Part shown: positions 36,570 to 46,000 of the stretch, in pieces
Layout: the number at the start of each line of letters is the position of its first letter
How positions within the stretch are numbered: position 1 is the stretch's first letter
DNA from: a virus
Taxonomy: Duplodnaviria; Caudoviricetes
Length of the DNA stretch: 64,000 bases
Direction: 5' to 3' (one strand)
IMG/VR virus record: IMGVR_UViG_3300042396_000691
Span: 32,001 to 96,000 of that record
Position numbers and translations under genes: made by a program
The notes under the pieces: model-generated
Database searches by the model: none
Seen by the model: the letters and a program-made list of their open reading frames with translations, nothing else
What the model was told of the DNA's origin: nothing

Positions 36570-37448
36570 ATGAATGTTCTGTGTGACATGGAATATCCAT
36601 TGGATGAAAAAGAAATGTTTGGATGGGGTAAAGCATTTTCCTCAATAAATCACGATTTCTTTTTTTTGAACAGAAAAGAAAAAGCAATAATTGATGCTTT
36701 TGAAGAAAAAAAACCTTCGATATTTATAACTCATGCAGCCCTATTAAATAGAGCATCGTGTAAAGCTATTATTAAAAACGAATACTGTAAAACATTTGTG
36801 TTTATTGATTCAGAAGAAGACAAAGAAAAACTAAAAGATAAATCAAATGTTTTTTATATTTCAAAAAATAAAAATTTAAATTGCATGTTTGTAGAAGAAT
36901 CTTGCGATCTTTATTTGTCGTTAAAACCAAAAACAAACATAAATATGATATCTGACATATGCTACATAGGCGACTATGTAAAAGAGTGCATTCTTTCAAA
37001 GTGTTTTTCTATGTTTAGGGTTAAATGTTGGGGAAATACAAAGTGGCCTTTTACAACATATTTGGGAAAAATTAAACCAGACAAAATAAAAGATGCAATA
37101 TGTTCTTCAACAACATCTTTATATTTAGATGATTTAAACAATAAAAGCTGGCCACTATATACATATATATGTAATAGACCAATAGTTTCTTATAAAAGCA
37201 CATGGTTAAAAAATGTTTTAAAAGATAAATCTTTATGTTTTTCAGACGAAGAATCTTTTTTTGAAAATCTTTTGAACATAATTAGAAATCCAGAAATAGC
37301 ATACGAAAATATAAAAACCAATTCGGAATTTATAAAAAATAATCATTTGTCACACCATAGGGTTTCAGCTATACTAGATGCTATAGGACTTAAGGAGGAT
37401 TCAATAAAATGTATCAATGTTGCGATGGATCTAACAAAGAAGTATTAA
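36570..37448 (+). CDS. CgeB-like GT-B glycosyltransferase, divergent
   Basis: SDICYIG, KCWGN..WP..YLG, C-terminal NHLSHHRVSAIL; cluster context. Confidence 0.55.
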   Translation: MNVLCDMEYPLDEKEMFGWGKAFSSINHDFFFLNRKEKAIIDAFEEKKPSIFITHAALLNRASCKAIIKNEYCKTFVFIDSEEDKEKLKDKSNVFYISKNKNLNCMFVEESCDLYLSLKPKTNINMISDICYIGDYVKECILSKCFSMFRVKCWGNTKWPFTTYLGKIKPDKIKDAICSSTTSLYLDDLNNKSWPLYTYICNRPIVSYKSTWLKNVLKDKSLCFSDEESFFENLLNIIRNPEIAYENIKTNSEFIKNNHLSHHRVSAILDAIGLKEDSIKCINVAMDLTKKY

Positions 37449-38098
37449 GCGTTTTATTAGGATATGGCCAATCTCCACATGTTATTAAAAAGTCTTTATG
37501 GTGGATATCCGAAGAACTAAATAACAACGAATACAATGTGATAGCTATAGACGATGGGCAATGTGGCGACATAGCAAAAGAAATGTCTAACTATGTTGCA
37601 AGAATATGCCCTAAAATAATAAAAATAAATAATGCTGCACTTTTAGAACATTATAAAATAGACTCTATAACAAAAAGCAAAAAACTTGCTTATGCAATTT
37701 GTGAAAAATTTTCTTCTAATAAAAGGGTTTATGTAAGCCCAAGATCAATATGTTATGGCAAATCTTTTAAATCATTTTGTGATCAAGTGCAAAACAATAA
37801 AGTTATGCAGATGAGGTCATACTTAGTGCCATTGTATGTTCAAGAGGCAATAAGTGAATACTCTTCAAACTTTTGTAAATTTTTAGTTAATGAGTGCAAA
37901 AAATACCCAATATACACTGAAAACTATCCTGAGAAAAACATAGATTATATAACACAATCAACAGTTGATTCATTAGATGGTAAAGAAACATTCTTTTCAG
38001 AACACGAATGTTTTTACTTAGAACCAAAAGACCCTGACCCAAAAGAACATCTTGAAACAATAGACCTAGAATTAATAGATAAAATCTTGGAAAATTAA
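37409..38098 (+). CDS. hypothetical protein, GT2-like N-terminal region
   Basis: YNVIAIDDG motif; cluster context; start uncertain. Confidence 0.45.
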   Translation: MYQCCDGSNKEVLSVLLGYGQSPHVIKKSLWWISEELNNNEYNVIAIDDGQCGDIAKEMSNYVARICPKIIKINNAALLEHYKIDSITKSKKLAYAICEKFSSNKRVYVSPRSICYGKSFKSFCDQVQNNKVMQMRSYLVPLYVQEAISEYSSNFCKFLVNECKKYPIYTENYPEKNIDYITQSTVDSLDGKETFFSEHECFYLEPKDPDPKEHLETIDLELIDKILEN

Positions 38099-38832
38099 TG
38101 ATAATATATAAAGTACCAAAACCAATTTCTATAATTGGAGAGCATTCAACAAAATGCATGATTTTTTCATCGTGCAACTTTAGTTATTTAAGCAAATTTG
38201 GAAATGTTAAATCTTTCTTTATAGACAAAAAAACAAAACATTTTTATAAAAGATGTTTTAAAAATTATAGCACAATAAAATCAAAGCTTTTAAATTTTAT
38301 AGAGCTTGATGATTTCCCTTCTTGCTACACATCTATATTTGGAAAATTTAACTATATAAATAAAGCTTCAACAACATGGAACAATGTTCAAGTAGATAGC
38401 TCTAGCGATTTTTTTGATAATCTTTTAATCTTTCATATAAGAAGAAAACATTTTAAATACAGTAGAATAAAACCAATAGAAAACTTTAACATTGGAATTA
38501 TTCACAAAATGGTGGATGATGCCTATAACGCATATGTAGATAAAGACTTTAAATTTATGGGGAAGTTGATAGATTCTTATTGGAGAATAAAAACTGAATT
38601 AGATCCAAATTCTGCAAATGAATTCATCTATAAGGTTTATTCTGATTGTAGACTGTCTGGTGCTTGGGGAGGAAAAATGGATGAAAACACAATGATTCTT
38701 TTAGCACCAAAACAAAAACATGAAGAGATATGTTCTATAATGAAGAATCATATAAGATTAAACTCTTCTGTTAATATAACAGGAATAGTAAGAGAGGAAC
38801 TGTTTAGTGGAAATAGCAATTGCTGTAAATAA
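38098..38832 (+). CDS. GHMP sugar-kinase-like (HddA-like) protein, apparently degenerate
   Basis: MIIYKVPKPISIIG and MGKLIDSYWRIKTEL...SGAWGGKM resemble HddA termini; the Gly-rich ATP loops are missing. Confidence 0.55.
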   Translation: MIIYKVPKPISIIGEHSTKCMIFSSCNFSYLSKFGNVKSFFIDKKTKHFYKRCFKNYSTIKSKLLNFIELDDFPSCYTSIFGKFNYINKASTTWNNVQVDSSSDFFDNLLIFHIRRKHFKYSRIKPIENFNIGIIHKMVDDAYNAYVDKDFKFMGKLIDSYWRIKTELDPNSANEFIYKVYSDCRLSGAWGGKMDENTMILLAPKQKHEEICSIMKNHIRLNSSVNITGIVREELFSGNSNCCK

Positions 38833-39259
38833 GATTAAAAGAGATCAACTTCTTTTTGATATAAGAAATCAATGTGCAAAACATAACATTGTTGTATATT
38901 CAAATAAAGAGATGTTCCTTAATAAAAGCTTTGGCTTTAGTATACTTACATATTACGACATGTGGTATTCAAATGCCGATTATCATGTGGCTACATGCCT
39001 ATACTCTGCTAAAAGTATGTTGTTGAACCCAAAGATTAAAACCGTATATTTTTATGTGTGGGATTTAGAATGGGTTTACGGTGTGCATGAGTATGAAGAC
39101 ATCAAAAACATTTATGCCAATAAGAGAATAGAACTTATTGCAAGAAGTGAAGATCATAGTAAATCGATATATGATTCATGGAACATTAAAGCTAGAATAG
39201 CTTATAACTTTGACTTAGATAACATAGTGGGGAAAAAACATGAAAAAGTTAACATATGA
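38807..39259 (+). CDS. hypothetical protein (GT-B N-domain-like fragment)
   Basis: HVATC...YFYVWDLEW...IARS; cluster context. Confidence 0.5.
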   Translation: MEIAIAVNKIKRDQLLFDIRNQCAKHNIVVYSNKEMFLNKSFGFSILTYYDMWYSNADYHVATCLYSAKSMLLNPKIKTVYFYVWDLEWVYGVHEYEDIKNIYANKRIELIARSEDHSKSIYDSWNIKARIAYNFDLDNIVGKKHEKVNI

Positions 39260-40004
39260 ATTTTTGCATAAACATTATGTTGAATTACAACAATCGACTT
39301 ATGAAATAGCGGAAGTTTCAGAGACTTATCCTAACAAAATAAGAAGGGCACTAGTTTCATTTGGTATACCATTAAGGGATAAGTCAGAAGCTCAAGCAAA
39401 GGCTTTAGCCACAGGAAGATGTTTTCATCCAACTAAAGGTAAAAAATTAACAGAAGAAACGAAGATAAAGATAAGTGACTCTATGGCCAATTCTTGGGAA
39501 TCAATGGATAAGACTGAAAGAGAAAGAAGATCGATTGTCTCTAAGAAAAATTGGGAAGCTATGCCTCTAAGCAAAATTGAAGAAATGCAAAAAAAAGCAG
39601 CAGAATCAGTTAGAGAGGCTGCTGAAAATGGTTCTAAGCTTGAAAAGTTTTTGATTAACGGAATAAGAAAAAATAAAATTAAGGCAGATTTTCATAAAGA
39701 ATTCTATGTGATAGGCGAAAGACAACATATCGACATTTATATTCCAGAATATAAAGTAGGAATAGAAGTTGATGGCCCAACACACTTTAAGGCTATTTGG
39801 GGAACGGAAAAATATGAAAAACAATTAAAAAGTGACACTAAAAAAACTGGATTGCTATTGAATTCTGGAATGAAGCTAATAAGAATAAAAAACATAAGCG
39901 GTAACAGTTCTGGCTTTTATATGAGAACTATCTTGAAAAAACTTCTCGATACGCTAGAATTGATAAAAGAAGGATCATTGGAAGGATTATACGAACTGGA
40001 GTAA
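39240..40004 (+). CDS. NUMOD3 + Vsr/DUF559-type endonuclease (homing endonuclease-like)
   Basis: N-terminal HTH (STYEIAE), KGKKLTEETKIKISDS NUMOD3, HIDIYIP...IEVDGPTH...DTKK. Confidence 0.78.
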   Translation: MKKLTYEFLHKHYVELQQSTYEIAEVSETYPNKIRRALVSFGIPLRDKSEAQAKALATGRCFHPTKGKKLTEETKIKISDSMANSWESMDKTERERRSIVSKKNWEAMPLSKIEEMQKKAAESVREAAENGSKLEKFLINGIRKNKIKADFHKEFYVIGERQHIDIYIPEYKVGIEVDGPTHFKAIWGTEKYEKQLKSDTKKTGLLLNSGMKLIRIKNISGNSSGFYMRTILKKLLDTLELIKEGSLEGLYELE

Positions 40005-40006
40005 AA

Positions 40007-40699
40007 ATGGTTAAGAAAGTAGCAGAAGAATTGCAAGCGGTAGAAGAAAAAATTAACAGCAACAGCCCCGAATGGAACGAACATGTTCTTTCACATTTCC
40101 AGCAAGATGAGCTAGTTGATGGAAATCCAACTGTAGATGGATTAAGGCGAGTTGCTGAACTTTTAATTGGGCCAATCATCTCTGGAAAAGCAAATATTGT
40201 CCAATCACCTAATCCAGATAACGATGGGCGATGTGTAGTATCATACACTGTTATAGTTAAATCCTTAAATGGCTCTGACTTAACATTTGAGCAAACAAGC
40301 CTAGCAGATTGTTATGCTGGAAATTGTGATCCAAGGTTTGCAGTATTTGCATCAGCGGTTGCAGAAACTAGGGCCGAAGGAAGAGCATTAAGAAAATTAC
40401 TTAGACTACGCAAAATAATTGCAGCGGAAGAGGCTGGCCTTGTTCCAGCCGAAGAAAACGGGTCTAACGGAAAAATAACGGCCACTCAAATGAGTTTTAT
40501 CGAAACTCTGTGTAACAGGAATGATATAAATGTTCCTGTTTATTTGGGTGACTCAAAAAGCTTCAGCTTTAGCGGTAGGTTGGAGGAAGTTCCTTATAGG
40601 TCAGCAGTGGCTATTATAGCCCATCTATCTGAGCTTCAGCGTAACAATGCATCGATTAACCCTAAGTATAAGGGTTATAACCCCAATTGGAGAAAGTAA
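40007..40699 (+). CDS. putative Rad52/Sak-like single-strand annealing protein
   Basis: PTVDGLRRVA, AVAETRAEGRALRKLL...AAEE, C-terminal ITATQ..FI helical domain. Confidence 0.55.
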   Translation: MVKKVAEELQAVEEKINSNSPEWNEHVLSHFQQDELVDGNPTVDGLRRVAELLIGPIISGKANIVQSPNPDNDGRCVVSYTVIVKSLNGSDLTFEQTSLADCYAGNCDPRFAVFASAVAETRAEGRALRKLLRLRKIIAAEEAGLVPAEENGSNGKITATQMSFIETLCNRNDINVPVYLGDSKSFSFSGRLEEVPYRSAVAIIAHLSELQRNNASINPKYKGYNPNWRK

Positions 40700-41073
40700 T
40701 GAAGGCTATTGTACCTTTTAAAATTTGCACTGTAGAAATTGAATCTGAGTCTGTAAAAGATCTTTTTAGAGAAATTGCAACTCTTGCTGAAGTACTCAAT
40801 GAAGAAAAGTGCGGTGTTTGTGGTGAAGAACACATTATACCTAAGACAAGAAATGTAGAAAAAAACAAAAAGTTTTACGAATATTTTGAGATGAGTTGTT
40901 CTAATCCAAAATGTAGGGCAAGGTTAAACTTTGGTCAAAAGCAAGACGGTTCTGGAATTTTTCCAATCCGTAAGCTTGATGCCAATGGCAAGCCAGACCG
41001 TGAAAATGGGTCATACGGCTCACATAATGGTTGGTCTAAGTACAAGGGCGGTAATGTAGATGAAGTGCCTTAA
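40699..41073 (+). CDS. zinc-ribbon hypothetical protein
   Basis: CGVC...CSNPKC. Confidence 0.6.
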   Translation: MKAIVPFKICTVEIESESVKDLFREIATLAEVLNEEKCGVCGEEHIIPKTRNVEKNKKFYEYFEMSCSNPKCRARLNFGQKQDGSGIFPIRKLDANGKPDRENGSYGSHNGWSKYKGGNVDEVP

Positions 41074-41227
41074 TATCGAATCTATGACAATAGATGATAT
41101 AAAAGAAGAACTCCTTTGGCTGAAGGGCTTTGATGCCGATTGGTCAAAGGAGCTTTATAATTTGCTTAAAAAAGAACTATCTGTTAGAGATATTCAAGCT
41201 CAATCCAAAGAGCGTACTGAGTCTTAG
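41060..41227 (+). CDS. small hypothetical protein (55 aa, not in ORF track)
   Basis: MKCLNIESMTIDDIKEELLWLKG...; overlaps both neighbours at the strand switch. Confidence 0.4.
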   Translation: MKCLNIESMTIDDIKEELLWLKGFDADWSKELYNLLKKELSVRDIQAQSKERTES

Positions 41228-41795
41228 AGCCAATCGTATCTGGACTAGCAGAAAGTGCCAAGTACCAATCATGTCTGCTATCAATAGTGTTAGAACCACT
41301 TGGGCTTAATCCTGATGTACCAGGAGAATCCGCAAGGGTCATATATCCAGTTCCTGCTGGTGTTGACCAAGTATTGCTTCCAGATCCAATCAAACTTTCA
41401 TTTGATGCTGGATGAATCAGTTCTGCAACTTTGGTAGTAACACCGCTTGCTTCATTAGATATACTTGTCCTGTCATAAATTCTAAGTTTTGTATTTTGAG
41501 TTTTTACCCCAGTGGTATGGGTAAATCTAACATTTAGAGTAGCAAGACCATTTGCTATTGTTCGTAAGTGCCTTGCAGCACTACCGTTAGGATAACCAGA
41601 TGCAGTATTAAAATACTTTATGTTTTTGGCTTTACCGCCATTTGTTGCACCTTGACTATCAGTTATATAGGTATCATCTTGATATTGCCCAACGGCAACA
41701 GATGACCCAAATCCGCTAGATCCATAAAAACCTATACCACTAGATATAATGTTTTCAAGAGAAGCATCACCAGCAAAAAAACTAATTGTAGCCAT
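41184..41795 (-). CDS. putative virion structural protein
   Basis: AGGAG RBS; Gly/Ser/Thr-rich beta-type sequence; last gene of the tail block. Confidence 0.65.
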   Translation of the reverse strand: MATISFFAGDASLENIISSGIGFYGSSGFGSSVAVGQYQDDTYITDSQGATNGGKAKNIKYFNTASGYPNGSAARHLRTIANGLATLNVRFTHTTGVKTQNTKLRIYDRTSISNEASGVTTKVAELIHPASNESLIGSGSNTWSTPAGTGYMTLADSPGTSGLSPSGSNTIDSRHDWYLALSASPDTIGSKTQYALWIELEYL

Positions 41796-41819
41796 ATTTT
41801 TTCTCCTATGTGCATAGTA

Positions 41820-43067
41820 TTATACACCATTTACAACCACACTTCCAATTTTATATTCTAAAGTAGGATCTTGCCAAAATTCAAATGTTGTACAATCTTG
41901 AAAAAATGTATATGATGATGGATAATTTGTCCAAACACCATTGAATATTGCTGTTTTTGAGTCTATCAGTACTCTATTGTAACGATCTTCCCCAAAATAA
42001 GAACCAGGTGGAACTTGCCAATGTGTGTCGCAAGTAATTGTTCCATCAGGTTGAGTTATATATCCTCCCCACAGATTGTCACAACAATAATAAGCATTCA
42101 TATACAGAGGAACACAATCATCAGGAGGTCTTTGACAAGGATATCCTGTGTAAAAAAATGAAATGCCAAAACCATATTGATAACCACAACTTTGAGATAT
42201 GGATACGAACATTTTTTCACTTTTATTAATTACAGTGAAACTCATATTGTTAGGGCAATTTGGAAATTGAAAATTTACAGTTGTCTCAGCTTTACCATAT
42301 GATTTACAAATATCTAATGGAAATTCTATTACTGATTCAGTTATATAGCTTGCTTGCCCATTTATAATCCAAGTTGTACCATCAGTAGTATCTGCACCAC
42401 ATGGATCAGTACAAAAATATCTTAATTCTACTCCATCTGGACCGTTAAAATATTTACTTGGCACATCAACAATAATCATAGGCCCAATTGGTTCATCCCA
42501 TTTTGCAGAATGAATTATTTCTGGCTCAGACCAGTCTGCTATATTGTAATAATAATATCCATTTTCGTCTTGGAACAAAGTTGCTTTTGTAAATTTAGCC
42601 CACAATTGACATTCTCTTTTAACATTGTCTTGTTTTTCTTCAAGGCTAAAAATTGACATTACATGTGCTGGCACTGTTCCACCTGGAGCACCTAGCCAAG
42701 CTGAACTATCTCCATCCCAATCTTCAACAAGATATCCAGAAAATACTGAACCAGAAGGTGATGATGTAAGTGAACCATATCCTGCTGGTGTACCACTTCT
42801 AGTTTGATTTTGCCACCCTATATCTCCAGCCCAATAAAGTTTCCCATCTGCTTCAAAGGTTGCGTTATCTGCCAAATACTGATTGCTTGGTTTATCCCAT
42901 CTTAAACTTGACATTGGTTTTGGGTATTTTCTATGTATCCAAGGACCAACCTGATAACCCATGTTATATGAAAATGGGTAAGTGTCAAATGATTCAACTT
43001 CAGCATTTGGATCATTCTTTGGCACTCTGCATTTACAACCACCTGGTGTGCAACAATTACATGGCAT
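41820..43067 (-). CDS. Cys-rich tail-associated/receptor-binding protein candidate
   Basis: MPCNCCTPGGCKC start, aromatic-rich beta sequence, position after the large tail protein. Confidence 0.55.
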   Translation of the reverse strand: MPCNCCTPGGCKCRVPKNDPNAEVESFDTYPFSYNMGYQVGPWIHRKYPKPMSSLRWDKPSNQYLADNATFEADGKLYWAGDIGWQNQTRSGTPAGYGSLTSSPSGSVFSGYLVEDWDGDSSAWLGAPGGTVPAHVMSIFSLEEKQDNVKRECQLWAKFTKATLFQDENGYYYYNIADWSEPEIIHSAKWDEPIGPMIIVDVPSKYFNGPDGVELRYFCTDPCGADTTDGTTWIINGQASYITESVIEFPLDICKSYGKAETTVNFQFPNCPNNMSFTVINKSEKMFVSISQSCGYQYGFGISFFYTGYPCQRPPDDCVPLYMNAYYCCDNLWGGYITQPDGTITCDTHWQVPPGSYFGEDRYNRVLIDSKTAIFNGVWTNYPSSYTFFQDCTTFEFWQDPTLEYKIGSVVVNGV

Positions 43068-43068
43068 A

Positions 43069-46000
43069 TTAAAACACCTTTATGTCATTTTTCTCAAGGA
43101 CATCAACCAGTTGAACAAACTTTTTAGTCAAAGCTTTAAGCTCTGCTCTTAGCAGTTTAACTTCTAGGTTTGGAAAACTTGAGCTAAAAACCGCTGGAGG
43201 AAGAGGTTGTGTTGAACATTTTACAACACTAACACTTTTTGTCCATATATCGCCACCACCACTAACATAACCATCACCAGGACTTTGTGGGGCACATACA
43301 ACAGCTTCAACAACAGTTACGCATGGGTTAGCAGTAGTAGTAGTAGTACTAGTTGTTGGAGCAGAAGTTGTAGTAGTCGTACTGGTTGTTGTACATATTG
43401 GACTACATTGGGCATTTTGTGAATCTGCTTGTTCCATACAATCATCTAAATTTGTATACTCTCCCGATTCACCAGTTTCACAACTTCTACATGTGTAACA
43501 AGTGCTTTGATCGCAACCGCCAGTAATCTTATAGCAACCTTGACATCTTGGGTCTTCAGAATCCGCTATTGTTCTTGCATCTTCGCAACCATTTTCACAA
43601 ACTCCATCGATTAATGTTCCTGGATATCCTCCAGTGCCATTTGGTGCTGTTGAACAATAATGACAAAATGTCTCTTCATTTTGATATAAGTAGTATGTAT
43701 CACAAGGTGCTGGCGTAGTAGTAGTAGTACATGCTGGTATATTTGCATTTTGCTGATCCCTATCCATATTACAATTTTCAACTTTATTTGGACCAGTATA
43801 TTCTCCATTTGCATCATAATAACAACTAAAGCATGGATCATCAAAAACAAGTGTCATTGAACAATTGGCATTAAGTCCTGGTAAATACGATTCACATTCA
43901 GCTTTTGGGTATGGTCCTTGTAAAAAGAATTCGCTTTCACAATACTGAGTACAATTAAAGCATTGTGTTCCCTCTCCTGTTTCAACAACACAATATCCTG
44001 ATGGTGCAGTTGTAGTTGTAGTTGTTGGACCTACTGTTGTTGTAGTATTAGGATCATCAGGATCTTCATGCCCCTCACATTCATCCTCATCTTCATCTGG
44101 TAAAATAATCTCTTTTGCAAGACCATGCCAAAACCACAGCGTATTTATGATTGGAACTATTGTTCCATCTGGACATTTCGTCACACCAATTACATATGGT
44201 ACACCAGCATTCATACCATGTGTTCGTATAACATCTACAAACTTATGCTCTGGACAAAGCGTTGTTTCTCCATTGTCCTTTAATCTTGCAACTGTATAAA
44301 TGTCTGTTGTTTGTTCTGTTATGTCAAAATCCGCATAGTATTTAAATGAACTTTTCTCATTGCCAGTTGTAATATTATAATCGCAAATTGGTGGAGGGGG
44401 TGCTGGATTAGGACCAATAGTATTACATATTGAAGCATATATTTGTGCTTGTAATTTTAAATCATTGTATCTAGGTATAGCACCTTCGCCCTTTATATAC
44501 CACCTATTGTCATAAACAGAATAGTGTGCAAGAGTTTGAGTTGCTGGATATTGTGGTTTGCTTGAAAGATTGTACACTTCAACTAACTGATTGCTTAATA
44601 GGTCATTAGCATACATTCGCACAAATGCTTTTGAAAGTCTTCCAGATGTATTGCATGTAAAATTGCTTCCATAAACAGTTGCCGATGGTTGCACTCTAAC
44701 AACATCATGAGAAGTCCACATGCCTCTTGCTGAATCCCACATGAGATCAACTGGGCCAGTCATTTTATTTTCTGCTGCTTCCCAAGGAGCATTCGCACTA
44801 ACATAAGGGTCTGGAGTAAACTTATCTGTTAAACCATAATCTACGCTTGGTATAATTTGGCCTGTCCAAAGATCAACACCCCATCCAGAAATCATCAATG
44901 GTCCACGAAGAGCAATTGCTTTAACATCTATGGGTTGAGATCCAACACCTACAGATCCTTCAGATGAAAAATATTTTGTTGGTTCATTATGATTATCCCA
45001 ATAATCTTGATTACAATCTATCAATGTATCAAAATGACAAAATCTTTTGAAAGGATTGTATGTTATTGATGTTGGAACTTTACCTTGCCTAATATCAATT
45101 AAATTATCCCCCCTTTTATATTGAGGGTCTGGCGAATTTGTAAACTTTTGACTAACTAAAGTGTCTGGTGTTACTGGCCAGCAATGTGGCAAGTATCCAG
45201 ATGATGAAAAAAACGCCCCACCACTATTTGCAAAATTATTTCTGAAAGGAACATACAGTGTATCCATCGATGCCACTGCTTTAGAATCTATTTGTACAGA
45301 ATCAAGTTCTTTATCGCCAAGATCTTTCATTGATTCATTTTGTTTGTATGATGCACCAAGAATTTTTGTTCTTGTGTACATACCAATACCAAAATATGCA
45401 CCAGGACCAGCATTGGCTATACCAATACCCATAACTATTAAAGCATGTGGACTCATTCTGTCATGTCTTCGACCTAAAAAGTCCAAGAAAAAGGATCTTA
45501 TCTTACCGCCCATTTCTGAACGATTTGCAGATTGTTGTCGTGCAATTGTGTCCATGTAGGATTTTAAAATGGTTCTTCTGTCTTCATTTTGTTTTGCTGT
45601 TTGCTGCCTCATTCTATTTATTACAACATCTGATGTTACGCCAAATCTTGGTAAAAATGTTCTAAATGAGTATTGGGTTGTTATTCCATTTGGTCCATAA
45701 CTTGCACTAATAGATGTTACAATAGCACCATTCTTAACTAGTTCATCTCCAAGTTGATGTTCTGGAGGATTGACCATTGTCAAACTTCCAGTTTCAAACT
45801 TATCAACTGGTTGTATGTCTTTTAGTTTTTCTGAAAAAACTTGTCCTAAATTTGCACCTGAGCCAAATTCCCAAGGCGTAAGACTTGAATCATGTTCAAC
45901 CTTAGTAAGACCACCTTTTCCACTATTCATGTACCAAGGACCATAAGCATCGTTAGTGGTAGCAACAAGACCTATTGCCATTAATTTTGGAGTAATTGGT

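Noticed and set aside
1-41227. Bacterial chromosome or eukaryotic giant virus origin
   Set aside because: SD sequences and coupled operons argue against an NCLDV; phage-type ThyX, dNMP kinase and NrdJ, many orphan ORFs, the tail block and the lack of housekeeping operons argue against a cellular chromosome.
43320-43395. DNA microsatellite (GTA/GTT)n as a contingency locus
   Set aside because: It encodes poly-Thr with mixed codons, and triplet changes would not shift the frame; treated as a protein feature.
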